Shown here: piece after piece, positions 9,576 through 19,230 of the stretch
Layout of the letters: every line of letters begins with the position of its first letter
Position numbering within the stretch: the stretch's first letter is position 1
Assembly: GCA_023247705.1 (NCBI GenBank)
Contig: JAHFFY010000003.1
Span: 14,067-78,066, forward strand
Direction: 5' to 3'
Origin: Candidatus Omnitrophota bacterium
GTDB lineage: Bacteria; Omnitrophota; Gorgyraeia; Zapsychrales; JAHFFX01
Length of the DNA stretch: 64,000 nucleotides
Made by a program: the position numbers and the translations under genes
Notes under the pieces: generated by a model
The model's database searches: none
Told to the model about the DNA's origin: nothing
Seen by the model: the letters and a program-made list of their open reading frames with translations, nothing else

Positions 9576-9750
9576 TACTTTGTCAATTTTATTTTTATTG
9601 AGCTTTTCCTTTTCAACTCTAAATCTCTCGCTTCCGACATCGATGATGGCGAGAGATTTAGAGTTTCGTTTAATAGAAAGAAGCTCAATAATAGTTGATT
9701 TCCTTCAAAGTATAGAGGGATCAACTATGAAAAACGGGTTTGACAAAGTG
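9576..9750 (-). mobile_element. MITE-A copy 1 (82-bp element, inverted relative to the other copies) interrupted by a nested 91-bp element
   Basis: TACTTTGTCAA...TTGACAAAGTG ends, flanked by CTAA (9572-75) and CTAA (9751-54). Length 175 = 82 + 91 + 2. Confidence 0.9.
9598..9688. mobile_element. MITE-C: 91-bp palindromic element nested in MITE-A, TA duplication
   Basis: TIR TTGAGCTT/AAGCTCAA; internal perfect 17-bp IR aactctaaatctctcgc/gcgagagatttagagtt; TA at 9596-97 and 9689-90 where empty copies have one TA. Confidence 0.85.
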
Positions 9751-9759
9751 CTAACGCGC

Positions 9760-10140
9760 TTAGCGCGCCGCCCAAAGTAATAATACGGGAATGAGACTCC
9801 CCAACAACAAACAACCCCAGACAATCCACGGCTGGGTAAATTTAAACGCCATCAGGACGCCCAGCATCGTTGTCACCAGGACACCGAACGACATCAGGAC
9901 TACAAAATATCTAAACGTCGGCGATGGCTTCGTCTTGGCTGTTTCCGATAGAATCTGCTGATGAAGGTGGATTCCCGACAACACGCGCACAATGCGCGGC
10001 GGTTGATATCCTTGACTCGATTTGCGCAGCTGATGCAGATCGTACATCTGCCAGCAGCCGGTCACAATAAAAAAAATCAATAACGGTGCGAAAAAACAAC
10101 CCAGATAAAGATGAACCGATCGCATCACTTTAATATTCAT
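9760..10140 (-). CDS. PepSY-associated TM-helix-like small membrane protein
   Basis: R.VHLYLG.FFAPLL.FF.VTG...LH and IHLH histidine pattern; 3 TM segments. Confidence 0.65.
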   Translation of the reverse strand: MNIKVMRSVHLYLGCFFAPLLIFFIVTGCWQMYDLHQLRKSSQGYQPPRIVRVLSGIHLHQQILSETAKTKPSPTFRYFVVLMSFGVLVTTMLGVLMAFKFTQPWIVWGCLLLGSLIPVLLLWAAR

Positions 10141-10182
10141 GGTCTTTCTCCTCGGATAATTCTTCTCATCCCATCAATCTCA

Positions 10183-11919
10183 TCAATTTTCTATTTGAAA
10201 CATCGATTTTGGCAACTCATAGCGCCGGATCAATGTCGCGTTCTTTGCGTTACGTTTGACAAAGATGATGGTAAATTGATCGACAAAAACCGGCGCCCAG
10301 GAAGGATCCTGAATCCGTTTGAACAAAAACGGCTGGGCCCAGGGGGTTATATCGCGACGGAAAAAATAGATCGCGTTAAACTGGTACGCCTCTTCCATCC
10401 TCTTCCAGGTGTCCTCATTCTCCTGCATCGGCACATAAATATCTTTGAAGAAAGAAACACTGTAGGCCTCCGGCCGGTTGTCGACAAAGACGTGTTCCTT
10501 CGGGAAAAGATGGTAAATCAGATATCCACCGATGTCGTAATTATTAAAGATCGGCCCATCGATCTTGTTCTGCTGAAAGAATTCCGCCGAGGCGTTCACA
10601 CCCGGGATCAGTCCTAATATCTTTTGGGGATTTTGGAAAATATACATCAGCCAATTGGCGGATTGCCTGATCTCCGGGATATTCTGACCATAATACAATT
10701 TCACGTAAGGTGAATAATAGAACGTCGTGGATTGAAGCCCAAGAAAAAGGAGCACAACCGACGCCGATAGGAACACCCGACCCACCGCCTTTTTTATTTT
10801 TTTCTCCTTCTGGAGCTTTTCTTTATTCTTCAATAAACAATCCGTCAGCCCCACCTGGATGTTGGAGGCGATACAGGGGACAGCGAACAGACCAAACAAA
10901 GGAATCATACGGATCGCTTTAAACGCCAGAAGCGAAAAGATCCCCATCAAAACCAGCGACAAAAGATTATTTTTGATCTCTTTTCTTAAAAAAACCGGAA
11001 CGAAACTGGCCGCGGTCAAAAGAAAGACCGCTTCGAAATGCGCATACATCGGATGATCCGGGAATCGCCGCTGCATAAAAAAAACCGATTGGTTTTCGGC
11101 CAGCATGTACCCATACTCTTTGAAAATCAGAAACGGCACCAGGACTCCCTTAAAACCAAAAGGATTAAGGAAACAAACCAAGATACTAATGCTGAGTAAT
11201 ATAAAATATTGCCTGGCCTCCGGAGAGGAACCGATGAGAAAATCGAGATCAGGAAATTTTTCACCCCCCTTATTTTCATGAATTGAATTTCTCCTGGCCC
11301 AAGCAAAGCCCGACCACCAGGCATCGGCCCAGAAAACCCCGAGGATAAAAAGGCCGAAGATAAAGAAGATATGGATGTTCACCCACAATATCTGCAAAAC
11401 CGGAATGATCCACAACAGCCAAGCCGGGATTTCTTTAAGTTTGAATTTATAAAGAAGAAAAAAATAAATACTTAAAAAGAGATAGCTAAAGCCTTCCGGC
11501 CGGATCTCTAAGCGCGACGTGATGAGAGGAACGACCAGAAGCGTACAAAAAACCGCGTAATGGAAATTGGATAACCGCCGGCTGATCATAAAAAAGAAAT
11601 AAAAGGTTAAAAGAAAAAGGATCGTATAAAAAACCGACACCCCGACAAAGCCGAACCACTGCACGATCAAAAAAAAGATTACGCCCGTCAGCCAGTGATG
11701 ATTGACAGTCGGAAAATTCGGTTCGGTATAGGAATAATAATTCGTGGCGATCGGATGGTGTTCTTCAAAAAAAATCTGGCCATTCTTCAGATGGCGTCCT
11801 AGATCAGAGGTCATGAGATTGATTCTTTGCGAGTAAGATAACGCGAGGAACAATAGCAGGACAAGAAAGACAATCGATTTTCCAAAATAACCGAAAACCG
11901 ATTCGAGGGATTTATTCAT
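10183..11919 (-). CDS. Polytopic membrane protein, putative GT-C-fold glycosyltransferase
   Basis: DLGRHLKNG, NHHWL, RPE, WVNIH and LNPFG motifs, with a C-terminal soluble domain containing GGYLI...VFVDNR. Confidence 0.65.
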   Translation of the reverse strand: MNKSLESVFGYFGKSIVFLVLLLFLALSYSQRINLMTSDLGRHLKNGQIFFEEHHPIATNYYSYTEPNFPTVNHHWLTGVIFFLIVQWFGFVGVSVFYTILFLLTFYFFFMISRRLSNFHYAVFCTLLVVPLITSRLEIRPEGFSYLFLSIYFFLLYKFKLKEIPAWLLWIIPVLQILWVNIHIFFIFGLFILGVFWADAWWSGFAWARRNSIHENKGGEKFPDLDFLIGSSPEARQYFILLSISILVCFLNPFGFKGVLVPFLIFKEYGYMLAENQSVFFMQRRFPDHPMYAHFEAVFLLTAASFVPVFLRKEIKNNLLSLVLMGIFSLLAFKAIRMIPLFGLFAVPCIASNIQVGLTDCLLKNKEKLQKEKKIKKAVGRVFLSASVVLLFLGLQSTTFYYSPYVKLYYGQNIPEIRQSANWLMYIFQNPQKILGLIPGVNASAEFFQQNKIDGPIFNNYDIGGYLIYHLFPKEHVFVDNRPEAYSVSFFKDIYVPMQENEDTWKRMEEAYQFNAIYFFRRDITPWAQPFLFKRIQDPSWAPVFVDQFTIIFVKRNAKNATLIRRYELPKSMFQIEN

Positions 11920-11961
11920 GCGTATAGGTTTGGGATATTTTTCTTTTCGTTAAAAATAGAA

Positions 11962-14220
11962 TCAGCGCTGATCACGCGGCCCGATGATATCGGCAATTTC
12001 CTTGATCTTGGGTTTGGTCAGCAAAAACTCGACATTCTTTTTGGCCAGCCGCACATCGGTTCCCACAATAAGCCTCTGGACTTTCGGAATATGATGAACA
12101 TCGACACTGAAGCGCCTGACCCCGATCCCTAAAAGAAACGCGATATATTTTTCATCATGAGCCATATCCCCGCAGATTGACACTTCCTTTTTAAAAGTGA
12201 TCGCGGCATCGACGATCCTTTTCAATCCCCGCAAAATCGAGGGATGATACGGCAGATACAAATCTGCCACTTTTTCGTTAGTACGGTCGACGGCCAGCAT
12301 GTACTGAATAAAATCATTGGTCCCGATCGAAAAGAAATCAGCGGCCTGGGCCAGATCTTCAATGATCTCCAGGACAGACGGCAATTCGATCATCAGCCCG
12401 ATCTGGGCAGACGCATGATAAGGGATCTTGTCCTTGCTAAGCGAGAACATGGATTCCCGGACGATCTCCTTGGCTTCCAGGAATTCATCCAGCGAGGAGA
12501 TCATCGGGAACATGATCTTCAAATCCGCCTGATGACCGGCCCGCAAAATGGCCCGCAGCTGCTGGGAAAAGATATCTTTATGTTTGAGAGAAAACCGGAT
12601 CGAACGCATCCCAAGAAAAGGATTTTCTTCCTTGCCGTGATAGTAATACGACAAAACCTTATCGCCACCAATATCCAGCGTGCGAAATGTGATCTCATGC
12701 CCGGACATGCTATCGACAAGCTTTTTATAAATAACAAACTGTTCTTCCTCGGTTGGAAAATCACTGCGGACGATAAAGGGGAACTCCGTGCGGTAAAGCC
12801 CGATCCCCTCGGCCTTCAATTCCCGCGCGGCCTTGACGTCGCCCAGCAGATTGATGTTCGCCAGCACATAGGCCCTGGCCCCGTCCTGGGTATGCGTTGT
12901 GGGCATGACGCTGTCTTTGATACTGCTTAAATTTTTCCGGGTATCTTCCCTCTGCCGGAACGTGTCGCTCACATCGGGGGTGGGATTGATATAGATATTC
13001 CCTTGTTCGGCGTCTAAAAGGATTTTTGTCGCCGGCGGGAGATCCAGGAGTTGCGGCGTGTCGGTGATGACCATAGGGATGTTCAGGGACCGGGATAATA
13101 TCGAAAGATGCGATGACGTCCCTCCGCTCAAAAGAATGATCCCGGCGACTTTCTGCGATGACAGCTTAAGCGCGTCCGATGGAAACAATTCCTCGGCGAT
13201 CACAATCCGGCCTTCATAATCATTGCCTTTCTCTCCGTGCCCAATCAGATTCTGCAAAAGACGATTGCCGATATCTTTCACATCCTGGCTCTTCTCTTTC
13301 AGATAGGCGTTGGGGATCAACTGAAACATCAGGACATATTTGTGGACGACTTCCAGAATAGCCTGCGGCGGATTGACGCCGCTTTGAATCAGATCAACAA
13401 TCGCGTCGACGAACACCTTGTCTTTGAGCATCAGAATCTGGGCGGTAAAAATCAGCGAGGCCACATCGAATAACCGGTCTTCGATTTCCTTTTGGAACAA
13501 CTCCAGCTGTTTTTCCGTGGCCTGGATCGCCTGCTGGAAATCACTCAAACTGTACTGCGTCTGCAGCTGCTGCAAAGAAAGCGCGCTCAGGCTATCCGTC
13601 TTAACGATGACCGCTTCCGCGAACGCAAATCCAGAGGCGCCCACGCGCCCCTGAACAAGTTTTAATTCCCGCGGCTTCAAAACGATTCTTTGCTTCGCAG
13701 CGGTTTCGTTGAAGCTCATCAATAATTTTGTGGTTTCGATCGTATTGGCCAGCTGGGAGGTGATCGCACGCAGGACTTTGATGTCCTCTTCTTCAAAGCA
13801 ATTCCGTTTCGAATTCTGGACGACCATGACGCCGATTCTGGTGCGTCCGCGGACAATCGGGACCGCGAGAAAAGATTCAAACTGCTCTTCACCGATCCCA
13901 GGAAAATATTTAAAATTCGGATTGTTTCTGGCGTTGCCTTCGCAGATGGGGCGGATCTCTTTTAACGCCAATCCGCTCAATCCCTCCCCCAGGCGCATCT
14001 TGACGTTTCCGATGGATTCCGGATTGAGCCCTTTGGTCGCTTTCAGGACCAGTTCATCCGTCCACTCGTAATAAAGGTAAATCGAGCACACCTCGGAGTT
14101 CATATGCTCGGAAATCATGAAAACGATGTTCTGCAGAAAATTATCGAGCCCGACCGAATCGATGAACAGATCACTCAGCTCTCCGATATCACAAATCAAT
14201 TTTGTATGATCACGTTTCAT
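11962..14220 (-). CDS. ptsP: Phosphoenolpyruvate-protein phosphotransferase with GAF domain (EI-Ntr)
   Basis: N-terminal GAF; phospho-His GGTSSHLSIL; GIGLYRTEF, RTLDIGGDK, EENPFLGMRSIR, FSIGTNDF and ICGDM motifs. Confidence 0.95.
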   Translation of the reverse strand: MKRDHTKLICDIGELSDLFIDSVGLDNFLQNIVFMISEHMNSEVCSIYLYYEWTDELVLKATKGLNPESIGNVKMRLGEGLSGLALKEIRPICEGNARNNPNFKYFPGIGEEQFESFLAVPIVRGRTRIGVMVVQNSKRNCFEEEDIKVLRAITSQLANTIETTKLLMSFNETAAKQRIVLKPRELKLVQGRVGASGFAFAEAVIVKTDSLSALSLQQLQTQYSLSDFQQAIQATEKQLELFQKEIEDRLFDVASLIFTAQILMLKDKVFVDAIVDLIQSGVNPPQAILEVVHKYVLMFQLIPNAYLKEKSQDVKDIGNRLLQNLIGHGEKGNDYEGRIVIAEELFPSDALKLSSQKVAGIILLSGGTSSHLSILSRSLNIPMVITDTPQLLDLPPATKILLDAEQGNIYINPTPDVSDTFRQREDTRKNLSSIKDSVMPTTHTQDGARAYVLANINLLGDVKAARELKAEGIGLYRTEFPFIVRSDFPTEEEQFVIYKKLVDSMSGHEITFRTLDIGGDKVLSYYYHGKEENPFLGMRSIRFSLKHKDIFSQQLRAILRAGHQADLKIMFPMISSLDEFLEAKEIVRESMFSLSKDKIPYHASAQIGLMIELPSVLEIIEDLAQAADFFSIGTNDFIQYMLAVDRTNEKVADLYLPYHPSILRGLKRIVDAAITFKKEVSICGDMAHDEKYIAFLLGIGVRRFSVDVHHIPKVQRLIVGTDVRLAKKNVEFLLTKPKIKEIADIIGPRDQR

Positions 14221-15623
14221 CGTTCCCCATCGGTGGCAAACACTTTGGTTGTAAACTGAACCGGCCCGTCCTCGATCGCATCAAACTGCAATACGACTTC
14301 GAGAAGTTCGTCGGGATTAAAAAAGCCCAAACGCCCGGAGGGCAGCGGGACATTCAGAAAATTAAGTCCGTTGGGTGTGAGCCGGCACGTCAGCCCATCG
14401 GCGTTGGACAGTTTTACATGATTGACGAAGTCAACTAGGAGCGAAATCGGCCCCGGGATCCGCTCGGAAGAAATATTTTTCAAGGTAACCGTCTGCTCGA
14501 ACAAACCCGTTGTTTGATTGAATCGAACACCCCCCCATGGTTTGACCTCGATTTTTTCCGACACATCCAAAGCCAGTTTCGTCCCTAACAAATCCAAGGC
14601 GCATCCCCACCCTTGAAAAAATTTTCCCGCGTCTTTATTCTCTTCGAAAGTTTTGCGCAGAAGGACAAACAAATCTTTGGTCTGACGGCGGTTCAGGATC
14701 GTTTCAAGAAACTGATCGGTGTCGTCGCCTTCATTCAGGATCGAAAACGATAAATACGGGGGATCAAAAGCATTTTGGCTGACCAGATACGGAAAAGATT
14801 CCAATTCGGTCAGCAATGATTTGATCTGTTGCGTCGAAACCGCCAGGGACCGGACCGGGATATTGTCATTCCCGTAAAATATTCCGGAGCGCCGGTACGG
14901 AAAAAATTTATTGGCATCCGCGCTATTGTCCGGTGTTGTAAAAATCGTCGTCCGGATCATCTTGTCCTGCTCGCCCAAATAGGTCAATTTGATTTGAGCG
15001 AATTGCAGCTGATCCGGCCTCATGCTGACCAGCCGCTGAAATGTCGGGGATAAATCCGCCACATCTCTCAAGGGATCGTCGAGAAACATAAAAGTTTTGA
15101 TCATCGACAAAAAAGTCGCATAATCCAATTCATCCTGATTGAAATTGCGCATGACGAACAAATAGACAAAGCCGTCTTTCTCCACAAAGATGTTGCTGAC
15201 AAACGTTCCGCTACGGGTGATGACATCTAAGCGGGAGGTCGCGGTCCCGTCTTTAATCGCCGGGCTGTAGGGCTCTTCATCGGTCGTCAAACGTTCAAAT
15301 CCCAGGAAAGAATCTTCCTTGAGTTTCAAAAAACGGTCGAGTTGATTCGTGACATAAATTTCCACCTTGCAGGACATTCCTTGGCGCAACCGGGAGGCGA
15401 AACACACATCGGTTCTGGATCTGAATTCCCCCTGTTTATAGGTCGTAGCCTGGTTCACCAACGGTTCCCAATCCAGAGGGGACTGGATGGAAAACCCGCC
15501 GGTTTGATTCTGATAGGTGTCCCATTTGGTCATATCCACGGAGACCGCGAACGCCGATGGGATACCGAAAAAGACAGTGATGAAAAGAAAACACCAGACA
15601 AAAAATCTCTTTAACGATTTCAT
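14217..15623 (-). CDS. Secreted hypothetical protein (signal peptide, PsbP-like N-domain, beta-rich C-domain)
   Basis: Signal peptide ending AFA; W.TY.N..GGFSIQSP.DW PsbP-like start; stop overlaps the ptsP start (ATGA). Confidence 0.6.
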   Translation of the reverse strand: MKSLKRFFVWCFLFITVFFGIPSAFAVSVDMTKWDTYQNQTGGFSIQSPLDWEPLVNQATTYKQGEFRSRTDVCFASRLRQGMSCKVEIYVTNQLDRFLKLKEDSFLGFERLTTDEEPYSPAIKDGTATSRLDVITRSGTFVSNIFVEKDGFVYLFVMRNFNQDELDYATFLSMIKTFMFLDDPLRDVADLSPTFQRLVSMRPDQLQFAQIKLTYLGEQDKMIRTTIFTTPDNSADANKFFPYRRSGIFYGNDNIPVRSLAVSTQQIKSLLTELESFPYLVSQNAFDPPYLSFSILNEGDDTDQFLETILNRRQTKDLFVLLRKTFEENKDAGKFFQGWGCALDLLGTKLALDVSEKIEVKPWGGVRFNQTTGLFEQTVTLKNISSERIPGPISLLVDFVNHVKLSNADGLTCRLTPNGLNFLNVPLPSGRLGFFNPDELLEVVLQFDAIEDGPVQFTTKVFATDGER

Positions 15624-15694
15624 AGCTCAGGCCTCTCCCCTCATAAGATTGGACCGAATAATCAAGACAGTTATTATTGAATTTTTTTTCCAAA

Positions 15695-15769
15695 TCGGGG
15701 AGGAGGGATTCGAACCCTCGACCTTCTGCTCCCAAAGCAGACGCGCTAGCCAAGCTGCGCTACTCCCCG
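15695..15769 (-). tRNA. tRNA-Pro (UGG), CCA not encoded
   Basis: Reverse complement CGGGGAGTAGCGCAGCTTGGCTAGCGCGTCTGCTT-TGG-GAGCAGAAGGTCGAGGGTTCGAATCCCTCCTCCCCGA. Confidence 0.96.
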
Positions 15770-15865
15770 TTGAAACCAAAGGAAATTCTTGTCTATCTGA
15801 AAACCATCATTAAACTCAAGGCGGGAAAATTTTTGCGACCGCAAAATCTGATTTAAAGCGGGTGT

Positions 15866-15894
15866 AGTATATCATTAACCCCTATGGGTTGCAA
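15866..15894 (-). promoter_or_regulatory. Putative sigma70 promoter for tRNA-Pro and the downstream operon
   Basis: TTGCAA-N17-TATACT on the minus strand. Confidence 0.6.
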
Positions 15895-15983
15895 CAAATT
15901 GCTCCGGTTAGACTTGATGAATATTTTTTATAATAAAAATGTCTTAAAGATTTAAATAAAATCAATATTAGAGGAATCCTTGA

Positions 15984-16011
15984 TTGAAGATCTTGAAGAT
16001 TCCGATATAAT
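15984..16011 (+). promoter_or_regulatory. Putative promoter, probably giving a leaderless mRNA for the AsmA-like gene
   Basis: TTGAAG-N16-TATAAT ending 6 nt before ATG 16018; no SD; direct repeat TTGAAGAT x2. Confidence 0.5.
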
Positions 16012-16017
16012 AAACGC

Positions 16018-19000
16018 ATGAAAAAAAAGATGGCCTTTCTGATCTTCACTGTATTCCTTTTGGGGGTGAGTGGGATTGTCTATCTCCAAAACTTCTTTTT
16101 TCCGGTAAAAGTCCGGGAGATCCTGATCCAGAAGGCGGAAGCCCTTTTACACCGCACCGTCAGATTTGATGCCATCCAGTTTCATCCGATTAAAGGGTTT
16201 ATCATCTCCAACCTCAACATCACCGAAAAAGACGATCCGGCCCGGGAACGGTTTGTTCATATCGATCAGGTTTCCTTCAATGTCCTTTATCTTCCTTTCT
16301 TTAAAGAACACAAAATCATTGTCCCTCATCTTGACATACAAAACGCCTCGGTTGAGTTAACGCGTCTGGCGGACGGTCAATGGAATTTCGCAGACCTTTT
16401 GACCAAAGATAAAGGGAAATCAACGCAACAGTCTGCGTCAAATTTTCTTTTGGCCGGATTATCCGTCAGCGATCTGGAGATCACGGTACTGGATAAAACG
16501 CTGAATCCGCCTTTTCTGAAAACTTTTGAACAAACCAACGTCAATGTCAGCTGTTCTGCGAACCAAGAATGCCGGTTTGCGCTTAACACCAAAATCCCCA
16601 ACGACAACGGCTCATTAACCCTGCAGGGGTCAGCAAACCTCTCCGGAAAAAATATCCGCGCCGATCTTGATCTTGCCCATATTCAGTTTGTCCCTTATCT
16701 TTCGTCGTTCTTTCCCAAGACCAAGGTTCAGATTATCGATGGCCAGGTCAAAATGGCGCAACTCAACATTCAAAAAATAGATCGCCAAATCAGAATCAAA
16801 GCCAAGGCCGAGCTCTCCGATGCCGCGGTGAATATCTATCCCAATAAAATGATCAAAGGGTCCTTACAGATTCCTAACGCGCAAATGACTATCGAACCCG
16901 GCAAATCGTTTGATTTTCAAAGTTCGCTGGCGTTCAACGACGCCAAGATGCAGATGAACGCCCGCAACACGATCAGCGGCGATCTTAAGACCCCGGCATT
17001 GTCCTGGCACTGGGCCGGCGGCGAAACAACGATCCAGAGTTCGTTGAATCTTAATCAAGCGGTCTTAACCATCGGGTCCAATAAAATATTTTCCGGACAA
17101 GCCGCCTTAAAAGACGGCGCGTTTAACTGGAAAGACGGCAAGGCCACGATCGCCGGACAACTGACCGTGAACGATTTTCTTTTCCGCTGGGCCGACGATA
17201 AAAAGCTTCAGGGACAACTGAATGTGACTCCCACCGAACTTTCGATCGCAAACGATCGGTTGAATCTGAAAGGACCCGTCGAACTTCTCGAAGGCGAGTT
17301 GACGTTGGCTCCGGAAAAAATCATCAAAGGACATTTGATGACAGCTCGGACTTCTTTAATCACAGGAGACATGCAGATGGATCTTGTGACCGATTTTAAG
17401 CTCAATGACGCGGATATCACCTGGCCGACGCAAAAAAAACTAACCGGAGCGATCGACAGCCCCAAGACCGCTCTTAAAGTTGTCGATAATCAATTAAATC
17501 TAACAACGGACTTTTCGGTGAATAAAGCCAATCTGGCTTTCGAACGGAATCGAAACGCGGCGGGCGATCCGCAGATGAATTTACAACTCCAATATGTCTT
17601 CGGCAATCCCGATTCGTTAGTTTATCAAGGAACGCTCCAGCCCCATCTTGCTCTCTTGGCCGGGATGCCCAGGGTCAATGAAGTCAAAAATGTCTCCGGT
17701 CAGATCCATTTTAAAAACAATGAATTGGCCAGCGATGGATTAACCATGGATATTCAAGACACCCCCGTGCGACTGACAGGAACCTTGTCCGATTTTAAAG
17801 AACCGTTTCTTGATATCCAAGCTTCCAGCGACAAGGTGGAAATCGAAAAGATCGTCCCATTTCTTCCCGAAAAATTATTCGATCAATTGAAAGCCAAACC
17901 AAGCGGACAGACGACCATAAGCATCAGTTTTAAGGGAAAACCCTCTTCAGTGCAGGAAGCGGACTTCACGCTGACCTCTCAACTGCAAAAAGCCAAGGTG
18001 GCACTGGAAGCCGTTGCGGATCCGTTCACGGATCTCGAGGGAACAATCCGGTACTCGCGCAAATCAATTTCCTGGAAAGACCTCAAAGGTCAATTCAAAA
18101 ACATCGACTTTCTGGCCAGCGGTCAACTGGATGATTTCGCGCGCCCGCAGATCACAACAACCTTCCGTTCCAAAACGCTGGGGATGGATCTTACGAGCCA
18201 GTTAAATTTCCTCACACCCGGGCTCATGAAGATCGAATCGCTCGCCGGAAAATACCAGCATTCTGATTTCGATTTGACCGGCGACGTCTTTTTTTCGGAA
18301 AAGCAAAAACCCGATGTCGAACTCAAAGGAAACGCCAGATTCAATCTCCAGGATTTATCCATTTTACTACCCCAAGCCAAAGACCGTCTGGAAAAATTGG
18401 CCCCTAAAGGATCGGTCCAATGGGAAGGATCGATTAAAGGAAACTCACTTAATTGGATGGATTGGTTGATCTCATCCTCGGTCATGAGTCCGGAAATCAC
18501 TTTATCCGGATACAAGATCAATGATCTGGCCGTCAAAAGCCATCAGGCCAATCAGCAAATCGACACCTTCAATCTAACCGCTCATGTTTACAACGGAGAC
18601 TTAAATCTCTACGCCACCGCAGATTTATTCAAAGAATTCATGCCTTATCAGCTGGAAATTCAAATCAAAAAGGTCGATCTCGAAAAATTAAAAACCGATA
18701 CGATCTGGAAAGATAAAATTGTTTCCGGCTCGCTTTCCAGTGTTGCCCGTCTCAACGGCGCGTTAAAGGACCCTCAACGGCTGGAAGGCCAGGGATCGAT
18801 CCTGATCAACGACGGCAATATCTGGCAGTTAAATTTATTTACCGGACTGGGCAAGCTTCTTTTGATCCCCGAGTATGAAGACATTATTTTCAATGAGGCC
18901 AGCCTGGATTATCTGGTCAAAGACGGAAGGATCACCACCGAAAATCTGATTTTAAAAAGCGAGCCGATGATTTTGAAAGGCAAAGGATGGATGAATTTCG

Positions 19001-19230
19001 CAGGAGAGATGGATTTTAACGTCGTTTCGGAATTTAATATCAACACCATCACTCACTCCGAGTCGATCAAGAAAACAATCACCGCCTTGATTGCCCAGAG
19101 CGGCCCCTATCTTAATATCAAAGTGTCCGGGTCGCTCAAGGCCCCGAAGTACGCACTCTACCCTTCTGCCACCCATATGATTAACACGACGAAAAATCTT
19201 TTGCTGGAAGGTTTGAAAAATATTTTTTGA
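16018..19230 (+). CDS. Large AsmA-like (repeating beta-groove) protein with internal 39-aa tandem repeats
   Basis: N-terminal TM, LTRLADGQWNFADL AsmA-N motif, C-terminal AsmA_2-like region (GKGWMNF...KVSGSLKAP); repeats at 16735-17556. Confidence 0.8.
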   Translation: MKKKMAFLIFTVFLLGVSGIVYLQNFFFPVKVREILIQKAEALLHRTVRFDAIQFHPIKGFIISNLNITEKDDPARERFVHIDQVSFNVLYLPFFKEHKIIVPHLDIQNASVELTRLADGQWNFADLLTKDKGKSTQQSASNFLLAGLSVSDLEITVLDKTLNPPFLKTFEQTNVNVSCSANQECRFALNTKIPNDNGSLTLQGSANLSGKNIRADLDLAHIQFVPYLSSFFPKTKVQIIDGQVKMAQLNIQKIDRQIRIKAKAELSDAAVNIYPNKMIKGSLQIPNAQMTIEPGKSFDFQSSLAFNDAKMQMNARNTISGDLKTPALSWHWAGGETTIQSSLNLNQAVLTIGSNKIFSGQAALKDGAFNWKDGKATIAGQLTVNDFLFRWADDKKLQGQLNVTPTELSIANDRLNLKGPVELLEGELTLAPEKIIKGHLMTARTSLITGDMQMDLVTDFKLNDADITWPTQKKLTGAIDSPKTALKVVDNQLNLTTDFSVNKANLAFERNRNAAGDPQMNLQLQYVFGNPDSLVYQGTLQPHLALLAGMPRVNEVKNVSGQIHFKNNELASDGLTMDIQDTPVRLTGTLSDFKEPFLDIQASSDKVEIEKIVPFLPEKLFDQLKAKPSGQTTISISFKGKPSSVQEADFTLTSQLQKAKVALEAVADPFTDLEGTIRYSRKSISWKDLKGQFKNIDFLASGQLDDFARPQITTTFRSKTLGMDLTSQLNFLTPGLMKIESLAGKYQHSDFDLTGDVFFSEKQKPDVELKGNARFNLQDLSILLPQAKDRLEKLAPKGSVQWEGSIKGNSLNWMDWLISSSVMSPEITLSGYKINDLAVKSHQANQQIDTFNLTAHVYNGDLNLYATADLFKEFMPYQLEIQIKKVDLEKLKTDTIWKDKIVSGSLSSVARLNGALKDPQRLEGQGSILINDGNIWQLNLFTGLGKLLLIPEYEDIIFNEASLDYLVKDGRITTENLILKSEPMILKGKGWMNFAGEMDFNVVSEFNINTITHSESIKKTITALIAQSGPYLNIKVSGSLKAPKYALYPSATHMINTTKNLLLEGLKNIF

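Noticed and set aside
9568-9780. 70-aa ORF
   Set aside because: It coincides with the nested MITE composite; no SD or motif.
15436-15813. ORFs 15436-15753 and 15517-15813
   Set aside because: They overlap tRNA-Pro and the start of the 468-aa gene.
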